Positions 25,484 to 41,766 are shown, numbered from the stretch's first letter. The stretch is 64,000 nucleotides of DNA from Escherichia coli (GCF_045037415.1 NZ_CP173438.1), one strand, 5' to 3'. Notes: a model not told the origin generated them from the letters alone. Program-made: numbers and translations.

Positions 25484-27727
25484 ATGAAACTGAATGCAAC
25501 TTATATAAAAATACGTGATAAATGGTGGGGGCTTCCGCTGTTCCTGCCTTCTTTAATCTTGCCCATTTTCGCCCACATTAATACTTTCGCGCATATTTCT
25601 TCCGGTGAAGTTTTTCTCTTTTATCTGCCACTGGCACTGATGATCAGCATGATGATGTTTTTCAGCTGGGCGGCATTGCCAGGGATCGCCTTAGGGATTT
25701 TTGTCCGCAAATATGCAGAGCTGGGTTTTTACGAAACGCTCTCATTAACGGCTAATTTTATTATCATTATCATTCTCTGTTGGGGCGGTTACAGGGTTTT
25801 TACCCCCCGGCGTAACAACGTTTCACATGGTGATAGCCGTTTAATTTCCCAGCGACTATTCTGGCAGATTGTGTTTCCTGCAACGCTGTTTCTGATACTT
25901 TTCCAGTTTGCTGCGTTTGTAGGGTTACTGGCGAGCAGAGAAAATCTGGTCGGCGTCATGCCCTTTAACCTCGGGACCTTAATCAATTATCAGGCCTTGC
26001 TGGTGGGTAATCTGATTGGTGTCCCGCTGTGCTACTTTATCATTCGGGTGGTGCGAAATCCGTTTTATTTACGTAGCTATTATTCGCAATTAAAACAGCA
26101 GGTTGATGCCAAAGTTACCAAAAAAGAGTTCGCAATCTGGCTACTGGCATTAGGTGCCTTATTGTTGCTGTTATGCATGCCGTTAAATGAAAAAAGCACG
26201 ATTTTTAGCACCAATTACACCTTGTCATTATTGCTGCCCCTGATGATGTGGGGAGCGATGCGCTATGGTTATAAGTTGATTTCATTGCTCTGGGCGGTCG
26301 TGTTGATGATCAGCATCCATAGCTATCAAAATTACATTCCCATTTATCCTGGCTATACCACGCAGCTGACCATAACCTCCTCCAGTTATCTGGTATTCTC
26401 TTTTATTGTCAATTATATGGCTGTACTGGCAACCCGTCAGCGAGCTGTAGTCAGACGCATTCAGCGGCTTGCGTATGTGGACCCGGTGGTTCATCTGCCA
26501 AATGTTCGCGCCCTGAATCGCGCGTTGCGTGATGCCCCCTGGTCTGCGCTATGCTATTTACACATCCCTGGCATGGAAATGCTGGTTAAGAACTATGGCA
26601 TCATGCTGCGGATTCAATACAAGCAAAAACTTTCTCACTGGCTGTCACCATTGCTGGAACCGGGTGAAGATGTTTATCAGCTTTCGGGTAACGATCTCGC
26701 GCTGCGGCTGAATACAGAATCGCACCAGGAGCGCATTACCGCACTGGATAGCCATCTCAAGCAATTTCGTTTCTTTTGGGATGGAATGCCGATGCAACCG
26801 CAGATTGGCGTCAGTTACTGCTATGTGCGCTCGCCAGTGAATCATATCTACCTGCTGCTGGGAGAGCTAAATACGGTGGCCGAACTTTCCATCGTGACCA
26901 ACGTCCCGGAAAATATGCAGCGTCGCGGAGCAATGTATTTGCAACGCGAATTGAAAGATAAAGTCGCGATGATGAATCGACTACAGCAGGCGCTGGAACA
27001 CAACCATTTTTTCCTGATGGCCCAGCCGATTACCGGTATGCGTGGTGATGTTTACCATGAAATTCTTCTGCGCATGAAGGGTGAGAATGATGAGCTGATC
27101 AGCCCCGATAGCTTCTTACCGGTCGCGCACGAATTTGGTTTATCGTCGAGTATCGACATGTGGGTCATTGAGCATACGCTGCAATTTATGGCTGAAAACA
27201 GAGCGAAGATGCCCGCTCACCGTTTTGCTATTAATCTGTCTCCAACCTCGGTATGTCAGGCTCGTTTTCCTGTTGAAGTCAGTCAGCTGCTGGCTAAATA
27301 TCAGATTGAAGCGTGGCAACTTATTTTTGAAGTCACCGAAAGTAATGCTCTGACCAATGTTAAGCAGGCGCAAATCACCTTGCAGCATCTTCAGGAATTA
27401 GGCTGCCAGATTGCGATTGATGATTTCGGCACCGGCTACGCCAGCTATGCGCGGCTTAAAAATGTGAATGCCGATCTGCTTAAAATTGACGGCAGTTTTA
27501 TCCGCAATATTGTGTCAAATAGTCTGGATTATCAGATAGTGGCGTCGATTTGCCACCTGGCGCGAATGAAGAAAATGCGGGTAGTGGCAGAGTACGTTGA
27601 AAACGAAGAGATCCGCGAGGCGGTGCTCTCTTTGGGGATCGATTATATGCAGGGTTATCTTATTGGTAAGCCGCAACCGTTAATTGATACGCTGAATGAA
27701 ATCGAACCCATTCGCGAAAGTGCCTGA
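25484..27727 (+). CDS. pdeF: Membrane-anchored cyclic-di-GMP phosphodiesterase PdeF (YfgF)
   Basis: 747 aa; multi-TM N-terminus, degenerate GGDEF and EAL domain (EVTES...DDFGTGYAS). Confidence 0.9.
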   Translation: MKLNATYIKIRDKWWGLPLFLPSLILPIFAHINTFAHISSGEVFLFYLPLALMISMMMFFSWAALPGIALGIFVRKYAELGFYETLSLTANFIIIIILCWGGYRVFTPRRNNVSHGDSRLISQRLFWQIVFPATLFLILFQFAAFVGLLASRENLVGVMPFNLGTLINYQALLVGNLIGVPLCYFIIRVVRNPFYLRSYYSQLKQQVDAKVTKKEFAIWLLALGALLLLLCMPLNEKSTIFSTNYTLSLLLPLMMWGAMRYGYKLISLLWAVVLMISIHSYQNYIPIYPGYTTQLTITSSSYLVFSFIVNYMAVLATRQRAVVRRIQRLAYVDPVVHLPNVRALNRALRDAPWSALCYLHIPGMEMLVKNYGIMLRIQYKQKLSHWLSPLLEPGEDVYQLSGNDLALRLNTESHQERITALDSHLKQFRFFWDGMPMQPQIGVSYCYVRSPVNHIYLLLGELNTVAELSIVTNVPENMQRRGAMYLQRELKDKVAMMNRLQQALEHNHFFLMAQPITGMRGDVYHEILLRMKGENDELISPDSFLPVAHEFGLSSSIDMWVIEHTLQFMAENRAKMPAHRFAINLSPTSVCQARFPVEVSQLLAKYQIEAWQLIFEVTESNALTNVKQAQITLQHLQELGCQIAIDDFGTGYASYARLKNVNADLLKIDGSFIRNIVSNSLDYQIVASICHLARMKKMRVVAEYVENEEIREAVLSLGIDYMQGYLIGKPQPLIDTLNEIEPIRESA

Positions 27728-27732
27728 ATAAT

Positions 27733-27759
27733 GCGGGCCGACATTTCTCGTCGGCCCGC
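27733..27759. terminator. Bidirectional terminator between pdeF and ppx
   Basis: GCGGGCCGAC-N7-GTCGGCCCGC hairpin between convergent genes. Confidence 0.6.
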
Positions 27760-27765
27760 AAAGCA

Positions 27766-31378
<3,613 letters not shown>

Positions 31379-31549
31379 TACCACTTTTACTCCGTTTTAT
31401 TCACGGGACACTGCCTGGATATTATGGCGAGCAATATTGGCAGATGTCCAACTATGCCAGAAAAGGGGGAAAAAAACTGCTGGAGCTTGCGATTTACAGG
31501 TGAATTGAAAAACGCCAGCGGCAGAGCTGGCGCTTTAACTACGGGGGCA

Positions 31550-32187
31550 TTACTCGTCGGCAGCGTAGCCCTGCGGCGGCAGACGTTGACCATCCAGCCA
31601 CGCGGCGTTTTCGTGCATTTTCAGACGACCATCGGCAAACCAGCTAATCACCAGTGGATAAATAGCGTGTTCCTGGGTTTGCACGCGGGCGGTGATGTCA
31701 TCTTCCGTATCACCAGCAAATACCGGGACTTTCGCCTGTAAAATAACCGGGCCACCGTCCAGTTCATCGGTGACGAAATGCACCGATGTACCGTGCTCTT
31801 CATCGCCATTTTCCAGCGCCTGACGATGGGTGTGTAATCCGGGATATTTCGGCAGCAGAGAAGGGTGAATGTTCAGCAAACGCCCAGCATAGTGGGAGAC
31901 AAACGCCGGGCTGAGAATGCGCATAAAACCAGCCAGCACGACCACATCGGGTGCGTACATGTCGATTTCATGAATCAACTCCCGGTCATAGGCTTCACGA
32001 CTGTCAAACGCGCTGGTGATGAGCGTATGCGTTGCAATACCCGCCTGGCGGGCGCGTTCAAGGCCGAACGCGTCGGCCTTATTGCTGAAAACTGCCCGTA
32101 CGGTGCCTTTAATTTTGTTGGTTTTGCAGGCGTCAATAATTGCCTGCAAATTACTTCCGTTGCCGGAAATAAGCACCACAATATTCA

Positions 32188-32188
<1 letters not shown>
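31550..32188 (-). CDS. purN: Phosphoribosylglycinamide formyltransferase
   Basis: 212 aa PurN. Confidence 0.95.
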
Positions 32189-33243
<1,055 letters not shown>

Positions 33244-33288
33244 TTACTTGCGGTAGAAAAATAAAATTCGGCGCAATTCTAACAGGGA

Positions 33289-33304
33289 AAGCAAACGTTT
33301 GCGA
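33289..33304. promoter_or_regulatory. PurR operator (PUR box) of purMN
   Basis: AAGCAAACGTTTGCGA with palindromic core GCAAACGTTTGC upstream of purM. Confidence 0.75.
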
Positions 33305-33501
33305 GACTGCTTTACACAACCTTTTTGCACGTCTTTTCCCCAGGCGCGCGGCGAAAGAATACTTGTACCAGGGCAAAGGATCGTTTTCGGATGGAATAAT
33401 CTTCTTTCATAACTATTTGAATATAAAATAACTTTATCTCAAACCGTTATCATTTTGACTAAAGTCAACGAAAATAATATTGCCGCCTTGAAGAAAGGAG
33501 G

Positions 33502-33523
33502 TATAATCCGTCGATTTTTTTTG
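33502..33523 (+). promoter_or_regulatory. upp promoter -10 and UTP-sensitive initiation region
   Basis: TATAAT followed by GATTTTTTTTG, the T-tract start region described for reiterative transcription at upp. Confidence 0.75.
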
Positions 33524-33549
33524 TGGCTGCCCCTCAAAGGAGAAAGAGT

Positions 33550-34176
33550 ATGAAGATCGTGGAAGTCAAACACCCACTCGTCAAACACAAGCTGGGACTG
33601 ATGCGTGAGCAAGATATCAGCACCAAGCGCTTTCGCGAACTCGCTTCCGAAGTGGGTAGCCTGCTGACTTACGAAGCGACCGCCGACCTCGAAACGGAAA
33701 AAGTAACTATCGAAGGCTGGAACGGCCCGGTAGAAATCGACCAGATCAAAGGTAAGAAAATTACCGTTGTGCCAATTCTGCGTGCGGGTCTGGGGATGAT
33801 GGACGGTGTGCTGGAAAACGTTCCGAGCGCGCGCATCAGCGTCGTCGGTATGTACCGTAATGAAGAAACGCTGGAGCCGGTACCGTACTTCCAGAAACTG
33901 GTTTCTAACATCGATGAGCGTATGGCGCTGATCGTTGACCCAATGCTGGCAACCGGTGGTTCCGTTATCGCGACCATCGACCTGCTGAAAAAAGCGGGCT
34001 GCAGCAGCATCAAAGTTCTGGTGCTGGTAGCTGCACCAGAAGGTATCGCTGCGCTGGAAAAAGCGCACCCGGACGTCGAACTGTATACTGCATCGATTGA
34101 CCAGGGACTGAACGAGCACGGATACATTATTCCGGGCCTCGGCGATGCCGGTGACAAAATCTTTGGTACGAAATAA
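33550..34176 (+). CDS. upp: Uracil phosphoribosyltransferase
   Basis: 208 aa from [14 protein letters not shown]; ORF track start is upstream in frame. Confidence 0.95.
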
Positions 34177-34191
34177 AGAATAAAAATAATT

Positions 34192-34221
34192 AAAGCCGAC
34201 TTTAAGAGTCGGCTTTTTTTT
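34192..34221 (+). terminator. Hairpin terminator/attenuator between upp and uraA
   Basis: AAAGCCGAC-N8-GTCGGCTTT followed by T-run. Confidence 0.7.
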
Positions 34222-34261
34222 GAGTAAAGCGCCTATAACACATAATACAGAGGATAATACT

Positions 34262-35551
34262 ATGACGCGCCGTGCTATCGGGGTGAGTGAAAGACCGCCA
34301 CTTTTACAGACAATCCCGCTTAGTTTGCAACATTTGTTCGCCATGTTTGGTGCAACCGTCCTGGTGCCCGTCTTATTTCATATTAACCCGGCGACTGTAC
34401 TGTTATTTAACGGTATAGGAACACTGCTGTATCTCTTCATCTGTAAAGGGAAAATTCCGGCTTATCTTGGTTCCAGCTTTGCCTTTATTTCACCGGTATT
34501 GTTACTGTTGCCGTTGGGGTATGAAGTCGCGCTGGGCGGCTTTATTATGTGCGGCGTGCTGTTCTGCCTGGTTTCTTTTATCGTGAAGAAAGCGGGGACC
34601 GGCTGGCTGGACGTGCTGTTTCCACCTGCGGCAATGGGCGCAATCGTTGCCGTCATCGGTCTGGAGCTGGCGGGCGTAGCTGCCGGTATGGCGGGTTTAC
34701 TCCCGGCTGAAGGGCAAACGCCAGACTCCAAAACCATCATCATCTCTATTACCACCCTGGCGGTCACGGTTTTAGGTTCCGTGCTGTTTCGTGGTTTCCT
34801 GGCAATTATCCCGATTTTAATTGGCGTGCTGGTGGGGTACGCGCTCTCTTTCGCAATGGGAATTGTCGATACCACGCCGATTATTAATGCTCACTGGTTT
34901 GCGCTGCCGACCCTCTATACGCCGCGCTTCGAGTGGTTTGCCATTCTGACTATTCTGCCAGCGGCGTTAGTGGTTATTGCCGAACACGTAGGGCACCTGG
35001 TAGTAACGGCTAATATCGTCAAAAAAGATCTGCTGCGCGATCCAGGTCTGCACCGTTCGATGTTTGCTAACGGCTTGTCGACCGTGATCTCCGGCTTCTT
35101 TGGCTCCACGCCAAACACCACTTACGGAGAAAACATTGGCGTGATGGCGATCACCCGTGTTTACAGTACCTGGGTTATCGGCGGTGCGGCGATTTTCGCT
35201 ATCCTGCTTTCCTGCGTCGGTAAACTGGCTGCTGCTATCCAGATGATTCCATTGCCGGTGATGGGCGGCGTTTCGCTGCTGCTTTACGGTGTCATCGGTG
35301 CTTCCGGTATTCGTGTGTTGATCGAATCGAAAGTGGATTACAACAAAGCACAGAACCTGATCCTGACTTCCGTGATTTTGATCATCGGCGTCAGTGGCGC
35401 GAAGGTAAACATTGGGGCGGCGGAGCTGAAAGGTATGGCGCTGGCGACCATCGTCGGTATCGGCTTAAGTTTGATCTTCAAACTGATTAGTATGCTGCGC
35501 CCTGAAGAAGTGGTGCTGGACGCAGAAGACGCGGATATAACAGACAAATAA
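34262..35551 (+). CDS. uraA: Uracil:proton symporter
   Basis: 429 aa from [15 protein letters not shown]; NCS2 family. Confidence 0.95.
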   Translation: MTRRAIGVSERPPLLQTIPLSLQHLFAMFGATVLVPVLFHINPATVLLFNGIGTLLYLFICKGKIPAYLGSSFAFISPVLLLLPLGYEVALGGFIMCGVLFCLVSFIVKKAGTGWLDVLFPPAAMGAIVAVIGLELAGVAAGMAGLLPAEGQTPDSKTIIISITTLAVTVLGSVLFRGFLAIIPILIGVLVGYALSFAMGIVDTTPIINAHWFALPTLYTPRFEWFAILTILPAALVVIAEHVGHLVVTANIVKKDLLRDPGLHRSMFANGLSTVISGFFGSTPNTTYGENIGVMAITRVYSTWVIGGAAIFAILLSCVGKLAAAIQMIPLPVMGGVSLLLYGVIGASGIRVLIESKVDYNKAQNLILTSVILIIGVSGAKVNIGAAELKGMALATIVGIGLSLIFKLISMLRPEEVVLDAEDADITDK

Positions 35552-35645
35552 TGTACCGACCGGGCAGTGTTGCTGCCCGGTTCAAACATCATGGGATTCT
35601 GTGGTAAACTTCTCGCGATTTTGTGAAATCCTGGTTGAGGTATCT

Positions 35646-36347
35646 CTGAACACACCGGCACAGCTCTCTTTGCCACTTTATCTTCCTGACGACGAAACCT
35701 TTGCAAGTTTCTGGCCGGGGGATAACTCCTCTTTACTGGCCGCGCTGCAAAACGTGCTGCGTCAGGAACATAGCGGTTACATCTATCTCTGGGCACGCGA
35801 AGGCGCGGGGCGCAGCCATCTGCTGCACGCGGCTTGCGCGGAATTGTCGCAGCGTGGCGATGCGGTGGGCTATGTCCCGCTGGATAAACGCACCTGGTTT
35901 GTTCCGGAAGTGCTCGACGGTATGGAGCATTTGTCGCTGGTCTGTATTGACAACATTGAGTGTATTGCCGGCGATGAGTTGTGGGAGATGGCGATTTTCG
36001 ATCTCTACAATCGAATTCTGGAATCGGGCAAAACACGGTTGTTGATCACCGGCGATCGTCCACCGCGGCAGTTGAATCTGGGATTACCGGATCTCGCGTC
36101 GCGTCTCGACTGGGGGCAGATCTACAAATTGCAGCCACTTTCTGATGAAGATAAGTTGCAGGCGCTACAGTTACGCGCGCGTTTGCGTGGTTTTGAACTG
36201 CCGGAAGATGTGGGGCGTTTCTTGCTGAAGCGGCTCGACAGAGAAATGCGCACGTTGTTTATGACGCTGGATCAGCTGGATCGTGCGTCGATTACCGCGC
36301 AACGCAAGCTGACCATTCCTTTTGTGAAAGAAATTCTGAAGTTGTAG
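35646..36347 (+). CDS. hda: DnaA-inactivating protein Hda
   Basis: AAA+ protein; start placed at the CTG codon (LNTPAQ...) per the published revised start; an in-frame GTG lies at 35601. Confidence 0.85.
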
Positions 36348-36360
36348 ATAAGGTGTTTAT

Positions 36361-36459
36361 TGTCGGATGCGGCGCGAACGCCTTATCCGACCTACGCGAA
36401 GTTAATCCATAGTATTCGTAGGCCGGATAAGACGCGGCAAGCGTCGCATCCGGCAATGT
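36361..36459. repeat. REP/BIME element (two inverted REP units)
   Basis: GCCGGATGCGGCG...CGCCTTATCCGGCCTAC-type palindromic units. Confidence 0.8.
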
Positions 36460-36484
36460 GCTTCAACTAGCGATGGAGCACATC

Positions 36485-36844
36485 TTAACCCACGATTTCC
36501 AGTACCTGCTCCGGTGGACGACCAATCCGTGCTTTGCCATTCGCGACCACAATCGGGCGTTCCATTAGTTTCGGATTATCCACCATCGCCTGAATCAGCG
36601 CCTCTTCGCTAAGTGAACTGTCAGCCAGGTTCAGTTCTTTATAAAGATCCTCTTTTTGGCGCATCAATTCACGAGCGCTATTCATCCCCAGCATTTTCAG
36701 CAAATCACGCAGCGTTGCCGCATCGGCGGGTGTCTCAAGGTAGAGCACCACTTCTGGCTCCACGCCGTTTTCTTTCAGCAGGTTCAGCGTTTCCCGGCTC
36801 TTTGAACAGCGTGGGTTATGGTAGATTTTTACCTGTTTGGTCAT
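36485..36844 (-). CDS. yfgD: ArsC-family protein YfgD
   Basis: 119 aa; CSKSR thioredoxin-like motif. Confidence 0.9.
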   Translation of the reverse strand: MTKQVKIYHNPRCSKSRETLNLLKENGVEPEVVLYLETPADAATLRDLLKMLGMNSARELMRQKEDLYKELNLADSSLSEEALIQAMVDNPKLMERPIVVANGKARIGRPPEQVLEIVG

Positions 36845-36864
36845 TGTTCTTCCTTTAATGCGAA

Positions 36865-38328
36865 TTACATCTTGGTATAAGGCTTAAAGCGTTCCTGCAG
36901 CTGGCGCAACTGGTCGATGCGCGCATCGTAACGCGCTTGTTGCAGGCTGCCTAATTTCACCTGCGAACTGGCGCTACTCAACAAGGAAATAGCCTGATCG
37001 AGTCGCCCGGCGAGCGCATAACCTTCTGCTCGCGCAGCCAGTTCCTGATCGCGGTTATTTAGTGCGGCTTCCGCCTGTGCCAGTAAATCCCAGCCGTTGC
37101 TGTCATCTTTATTGTTAAAAGTGTAGCGATTCAGAATATTGGCCGCTTCCTGTGGTTGCCCCCCTTGCAGATAAGCGTTCGCCAGGTTGAGCTGCAACAC
37201 CGGATTGGTGCGCAAATCGCGGGCATTTTTCAGGCGATTGATAGCGTCATTGGCTTTGTTTTGCCCAAGATCGATATCGGTAGCCAGATCGAGATACCAT
37301 GCGTTGCCAGGTTCTGCTGCCAGTAACGGTTGCAGCGTTTTACGCGCTTCGTCGTATTTATTGGCTTCCATCGCCTGTAGAGCACGACCATATTGCGCCG
37401 CTCGTTGCTGACGAACGTTTCCTTTCGCCCATTCATCCAGCAAATCACTGGTGAGCTGGTTACGTCCGGAATTATACATCCCCAGTGTGCGCGCTTTCGC
37501 CAGATAGAAATCTTCCGACGACTGCACCACCATCGGGCGCATCTGATTAGCACGGTTGCGGGCATCTGCCAGACGACTTTCCGGCAACGGGTGAGTCAAT
37601 AAAATTTCCGGCGGACGCGAGGAGTAACGCGCCTGATCGAGTAATTTTTCGAGGAAGGTCGGCATCGCCTGCGGATCGAATCCCGAGCGTTGCAGCACCT
37701 GAATACCAATGCGGTCCGCTTCCTGTTCATTTTGCTGGGTGAAACTGATCATCCCCTGGCGCGTTCCCGCCAGTGTACCGGTCAGCGCCGCCATCCCCGC
37801 CTGCGGACTGGCCATCGCCAGTAAAATAGAACCTAACGCGCCGACCCAGGTCAGCGGCGCGCTGCGCTGCTGATCTTCCATCGCTCGCGCCAGGTGACGT
37901 TGGGTGACGTGGGAGATTTCGTGCGCCATAACTGAAGCCAGTTGACTTTCGTTATCGGAATAACGGAACAGGGCAGAGTGCAGCACCACGTTGCCGCCAA
38001 AGAAAGCAAAGGCGTTAATTTCGTCGTTGTTGATCAGAAAGAAATGAAACGGTGTCTTAACCGAATTGGCATGCGAAACCAGACGCATTCCTAGCGAATT
38101 AATATATTGCGTTAATAGCGGGTCATTAATTAACGGCGCGCTGCCGCGTAACTGGCGGACATAATAGTCGCCCATCTGCATTTCCTGACCAATGGAAAGT
38201 GTGCTTCCTGCGGAGGTTCCCATATCCGGCAAGGTGTCTGCGCTGTCGGCAAACGCCGGGGCTACCTGACCAATGGTCATAGCAGCAATGAGGGTTGCAA
38301 CCAGGTTTTTTTTCAACTGCCTGAACAT
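36865..38328 (-). CDS. bepA: Beta-barrel assembly-enhancing protease BepA (YfgC)
   Basis: 487 aa; signal peptide, HEISH zinc motif (M48) and TPR region. Confidence 0.95.
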   Translation of the reverse strand: MFRQLKKNLVATLIAAMTIGQVAPAFADSADTLPDMGTSAGSTLSIGQEMQMGDYYVRQLRGSAPLINDPLLTQYINSLGMRLVSHANSVKTPFHFFLINNDEINAFAFFGGNVVLHSALFRYSDNESQLASVMAHEISHVTQRHLARAMEDQQRSAPLTWVGALGSILLAMASPQAGMAALTGTLAGTRQGMISFTQQNEQEADRIGIQVLQRSGFDPQAMPTFLEKLLDQARYSSRPPEILLTHPLPESRLADARNRANQMRPMVVQSSEDFYLAKARTLGMYNSGRNQLTSDLLDEWAKGNVRQQRAAQYGRALQAMEANKYDEARKTLQPLLAAEPGNAWYLDLATDIDLGQNKANDAINRLKNARDLRTNPVLQLNLANAYLQGGQPQEAANILNRYTFNNKDDSNGWDLLAQAEAALNNRDQELAARAEGYALAGRLDQAISLLSSASSQVKLGSLQQARYDARIDQLRQLQERFKPYTKM

Positions 38329-38540
38329 AACCTCTATCCTGTATTTCTGGAGATAGTCATTTGACCGATACTGTGAAATATCGTTCCCACCGCGCCGCCT
38401 TTGAGTGTAACGACGAAGATTAGCCCACTCAAATAACTTTTCAGTTTCCTGAATCCGTCATAAAAAGCGAAGTCTTTTTTGTGACATTTCGATACAATTG
38501 CGGATCGCAATCCCGCTCTTGAGGTTCAGGTAAGGTCTGT

Positions 38541-39602
38541 ATGCTCGAAATGTTGATGCAATGGTATCGCCGCCGTTTTAGCGACCCGGAAGCGATTGCC
38601 TTGCTGGTTATTTTAGTCGCCGGATTTGGCATTATCTTTTTCTTTAGTGGCCTGCTTGCTCCGTTGCTGGTGGCTATTGTGCTGGCCTATTTGCTGGAGT
38701 GGCCAACCGTGCGCCTGCAATCTATTGGCTGTTCCCGCCGCTGGGCGACGTCGATTGTATTGGTGGTTTTCGTCGGTATATTGCTACTGATGGCGTTCGT
38801 GGTTCTGCCTATTGCCTGGCAGCAGGGCATCTACTTAATCCGCGATATGCCGGGGATGCTCAATAAGCTTTCTGACTTTGCCGCCACGTTGCCGCGCCGC
38901 TATCCGGCGTTAATGGATGCGGGCATTATTGATGCAATGGCCGAAAATATGCGCAGTCGGATGCTGACCATGGGCGATTCGGTGGTGAAAATTTCCCTCG
39001 CCTCGTTGGTCGGTTTGCTGACCATTGCCGTCTATCTGGTGCTGGTGCCATTGATGGTCTTCTTCCTGCTGAAAGACAAAGAGCAGATGCTGAACGCCGT
39101 TCGCCGGGTGCTGCCGCGCAACCGTGGACTGGCAGGACAGGTGTGGAAGGAGATGAATCAACAAATCACCAACTATATCCGCGGCAAAGTGCTGGAGATG
39201 ATCGTGGTAGGGATCGCCACCTGGCTGGGGTTCTTGCTCTTTGGGCTGAACTATTCGCTGCTGCTGGCGGTGCTGGTCGGCTTCTCGGTACTTATTCCGT
39301 ACATTGGCGCATTTGTGGTGACCATTCCGGTGGTTGGCGTGGCGCTATTCCAGTTTGGTGCTGGCACGGAATTCTGGAGCTGCTTCGCGGTGTATCTGAT
39401 TATTCAGGCGCTGGACGGCAACCTGTTAGTACCGGTGTTGTTCTCCGAAGCGGTTAACCTGCATCCTCTGGTGATTATTTTATCGGTGGTGATCTTCGGT
39501 GGTTTGTGGGGATTCTGGGGCGTATTCTTCGCTATTCCATTGGCGACGCTGATCAAAGCCGTGATTCACGCCTGGCCTGATGGGCAAATCGCGCAAGACT
39601 GA
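38541..39602 (+). CDS. perM: AI-2E family permease PerM (YfgO)
   Basis: 353 aa polytopic membrane protein. Confidence 0.9.
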   Translation: MLEMLMQWYRRRFSDPEAIALLVILVAGFGIIFFFSGLLAPLLVAIVLAYLLEWPTVRLQSIGCSRRWATSIVLVVFVGILLLMAFVVLPIAWQQGIYLIRDMPGMLNKLSDFAATLPRRYPALMDAGIIDAMAENMRSRMLTMGDSVVKISLASLVGLLTIAVYLVLVPLMVFFLLKDKEQMLNAVRRVLPRNRGLAGQVWKEMNQQITNYIRGKVLEMIVVGIATWLGFLLFGLNYSLLLAVLVGFSVLIPYIGAFVVTIPVVGVALFQFGAGTEFWSCFAVYLIIQALDGNLLVPVLFSEAVNLHPLVIILSVVIFGGLWGFWGVFFAIPLATLIKAVIHAWPDGQIAQD

Positions 39603-39699
39603 CCTTCAGCGAAAAATTTGAAACGAGTGTTGCAGGGCAGTGAGAAGATTTGAGATGTGCTGGCCGCAAGCGCAGCCAGCACGGAATGGAGCAAAGTAA

Positions 39700-40170
39700 T
39701 CAGGCGTGTTCTTTCAGCCAGTTCAGCACAACGTCGTGGTGATTGCTGGTTTTGAAATCGTCAAAGACATGTTCGATTTTGCCATCAGCGTCAATCAGGA
39801 AGCTGATGCGATGAATACCATCGTAGGTTTTGCCCATGAAGGACTTTTCACCCCAGACGCCGAATTGTTCGCACACCTGGTGGTCCTCATCAGACAGGAG
39901 CGTAAAGTTAAGCAGCTCTTTTTCCGCAAAACGGGAGAGTTTTTCGGGTTTATCGGTGCTGATACCCAGCACATCAACGCCCGCTTTTTTCAACTCATCC
40001 ATGTTATCGCGTAAGCCGCAGGCCTGTACGGTACAGCCGGGGGTCATGGCTTTCGGGTAGAAATAAACCAGAACACGCTGTCCCTGGAAGTCGGTCAAAT
40101 TAACTTGTTCTCCGTCTTGATCCGGCAAGCTAAATTTCGGTGCGATATCACCGGCTTTCAGTGGATTCAT
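39700..40170 (-). CDS. bcp: Thiol peroxidase Bcp (peroxiredoxin)
   Basis: 156 aa; catalytic Cys context MTPGCT. Confidence 0.95.
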   Translation of the reverse strand: MNPLKAGDIAPKFSLPDQDGEQVNLTDFQGQRVLVYFYPKAMTPGCTVQACGLRDNMDELKKAGVDVLGISTDKPEKLSRFAEKELLNFTLLSDEDHQVCEQFGVWGEKSFMGKTYDGIHRISFLIDADGKIEHVFDDFKTSNHHDVVLNWLKEHA

Positions 40171-40742
40171 TACTTAACTCCATCCTGTTCATCATGTTGG
40201 GAATAATTGACGACGTTAATACTGCCTTGTGCATTGAGTTCTGTACATAGGGCTTTGAACGCTTGCTCAATATTTGCTGCGTCCGCAGATGCGGGGCTGT
40301 GGGCAGTTATCTGAATATGTAACTGCGCAGCCCGTTCATTTTCAGCAGGTTGCGTGCGCGACACCAGCTCCGCAATGTTCATATGATGCGCGTCGAAAAG
40401 TGCTGTGAAGCGTTCAATTAAATGCGGGGAGTCTGCCACATCGACCTGAACCCAGACAGATGCTGGCATTGGTGGACGCGGACGCGCCGTCGTGCGCTTC
40501 ATCACGATTAAAAGATCCAGTTCGGCACCTTTCAACGGTAACGTTGATTCAATCAGGGTGATTGCATTCCATGAACCGGAAAGCAGCATGATAAACGTGA
40601 ACTCTTCTCCCAGCATCGCCAGGCGACTGTCTTCAATATTACAGCCGCAACTACTGACATGACGGGTGATGGTGTTCACTATTCCAGGGCGATCGGCACC
40701 CAACGCAGTGATCACCAGATAATGTTGCGATGACAGTGTCAA
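40170..40742 (-). CDS. gcvR: Glycine cleavage system transcriptional repressor GcvR
   Basis: 190 aa from TTG start (TLSSQHYLVITALGADRPG); stop overlaps bcp start. Confidence 0.9.
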   Translation of the reverse strand: MTLSSQHYLVITALGADRPGIVNTITRHVSSCGCNIEDSRLAMLGEEFTFIMLLSGSWNAITLIESTLPLKGAELDLLIVMKRTTARPRPPMPASVWVQVDVADSPHLIERFTALFDAHHMNIAELVSRTQPAENERAAQLHIQITAHSPASADAANIEQAFKALCTELNAQGSINVVNYSQHDEQDGVK

Positions 40743-40887
40743 ACTGGTTATTCCTTCAAGGGGTGAGTTGTTCTTAAGGAAAGCATAAAAAAAACATGCA
40801 TACAACAATCAGAACGGTTCTGTCTGCTTGCTTTTAATGCCATACCAAACGTACCATTGAGACACTTGTTTGCACAGAGGATGGCCC

Positions 40888-41766
40888 ATGTTCACGGGAA
40901 GTATTGTCGCGATTGTTACTCCGATGGATGAAAAAGGTAATGTCTGTCGGGCTAGCTTGAAAAAACTGATTGATTATCATGTCGCCAGCGGTACTTCGGC
41001 GATCGTTTCTGTTGGCACCACTGGCGAGTCCGCTACCTTAAATCATGACGAACATGCTGATGTGGTGATGATGACGCTGGAGCTGGCTGACGGGCGCATT
41101 CCGGTGATTGCCGGGACCGGTGCTAACGCTACTGCGGAAGCCATTAGCCTGACGCAGCGCTTCAATGACAGCGGTATCGTCGGCTGCCTGACGGTAACCC
41201 CTTACTACAATCGTCCGTCGCAAGAAGGTTTGTATCAGCATTTCAAAGCCATCGCTGAACATACTGACCTGCCGCAAATTCTGTATAATGTGCCGTCCCG
41301 TACTGGCTGCGATCTGCTCCCGGAAACGGTGGGCCGTCTGGCGAAAGTAAAAAATATTATCGGAATCAAAGAGGCAACAGGGAACTTAACGCGTGTAAAC
41401 CAGATCAAAGAGCTGGTTTCAGATGATTTTGTTCTGCTGAGCGGCGATGATGCGAGCGCGCTGGACTTCATGCAATTAGGCGGTCATGGGGTTATTTCCG
41501 TTACGGCTAACGTCGCAGCGCGTGATATGGCCCAGATGTGCAAACTGGCAGCAGAAGGGCATTTTGCCGAGGCACGCGTTATTAATCAGCGTCTGATGCC
41601 ATTACACAACAAACTATTTGTCGAACCCAATCCAATCCCGGTGAAATGGGCATGTAAGGAACTGGGTCTTGTGGCGACCGATACGCTGCGCCTGCCAATG
41701 ACACCAATCACCGACAGTGGTCGTGAGACGGTCAGAGCGGCGCTTAAGCATGCCGGTTTGCTGTAA
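40888..41766 (+). CDS. dapA: 4-hydroxy-tetrahydrodipicolinate synthase
   Basis: 292 aa from [17 protein letters not shown]. Confidence 0.95.
   Translation: MFTGSIVAIVTPMDEKGNVCRASLKKLIDYHVASGTSAIVSVGTTGESATLNHDEHADVVMMTLELADGRIPVIAGTGANATAEAISLTQRFNDSGIVGCLTVTPYYNRPSQEGLYQHFKAIAEHTDLPQILYNVPSRTGCDLLPETVGRLAKVKNIIGIKEATGNLTRVNQIKELVSDDFVLLSGDDASALDFMQLGGHGVISVTANVAARDMAQMCKLAAEGHFAEARVINQRLMPLHNKLFVEPNPIPVKWACKELGLVATDTLRLPMTPITDSGRETVRAALKHAGLL

Noticed and set aside
33439-34344. 301-aa minus-strand ORF
   Set aside because: Antisense to upp and the upp-uraA junction; upp and uraA are unambiguous
35338-36036. 232-aa minus-strand ORF
   Set aside because: Antisense to the uraA 3' end and hda; product is Arg/Pro-rich low complexity
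39657-39682. Hairpin between perM and bcp as a rho-independent terminator
   Set aside because: Stable stem (GTGCTGGC/GCCAGCAC) but no U-tract on either strand; not called as a terminator
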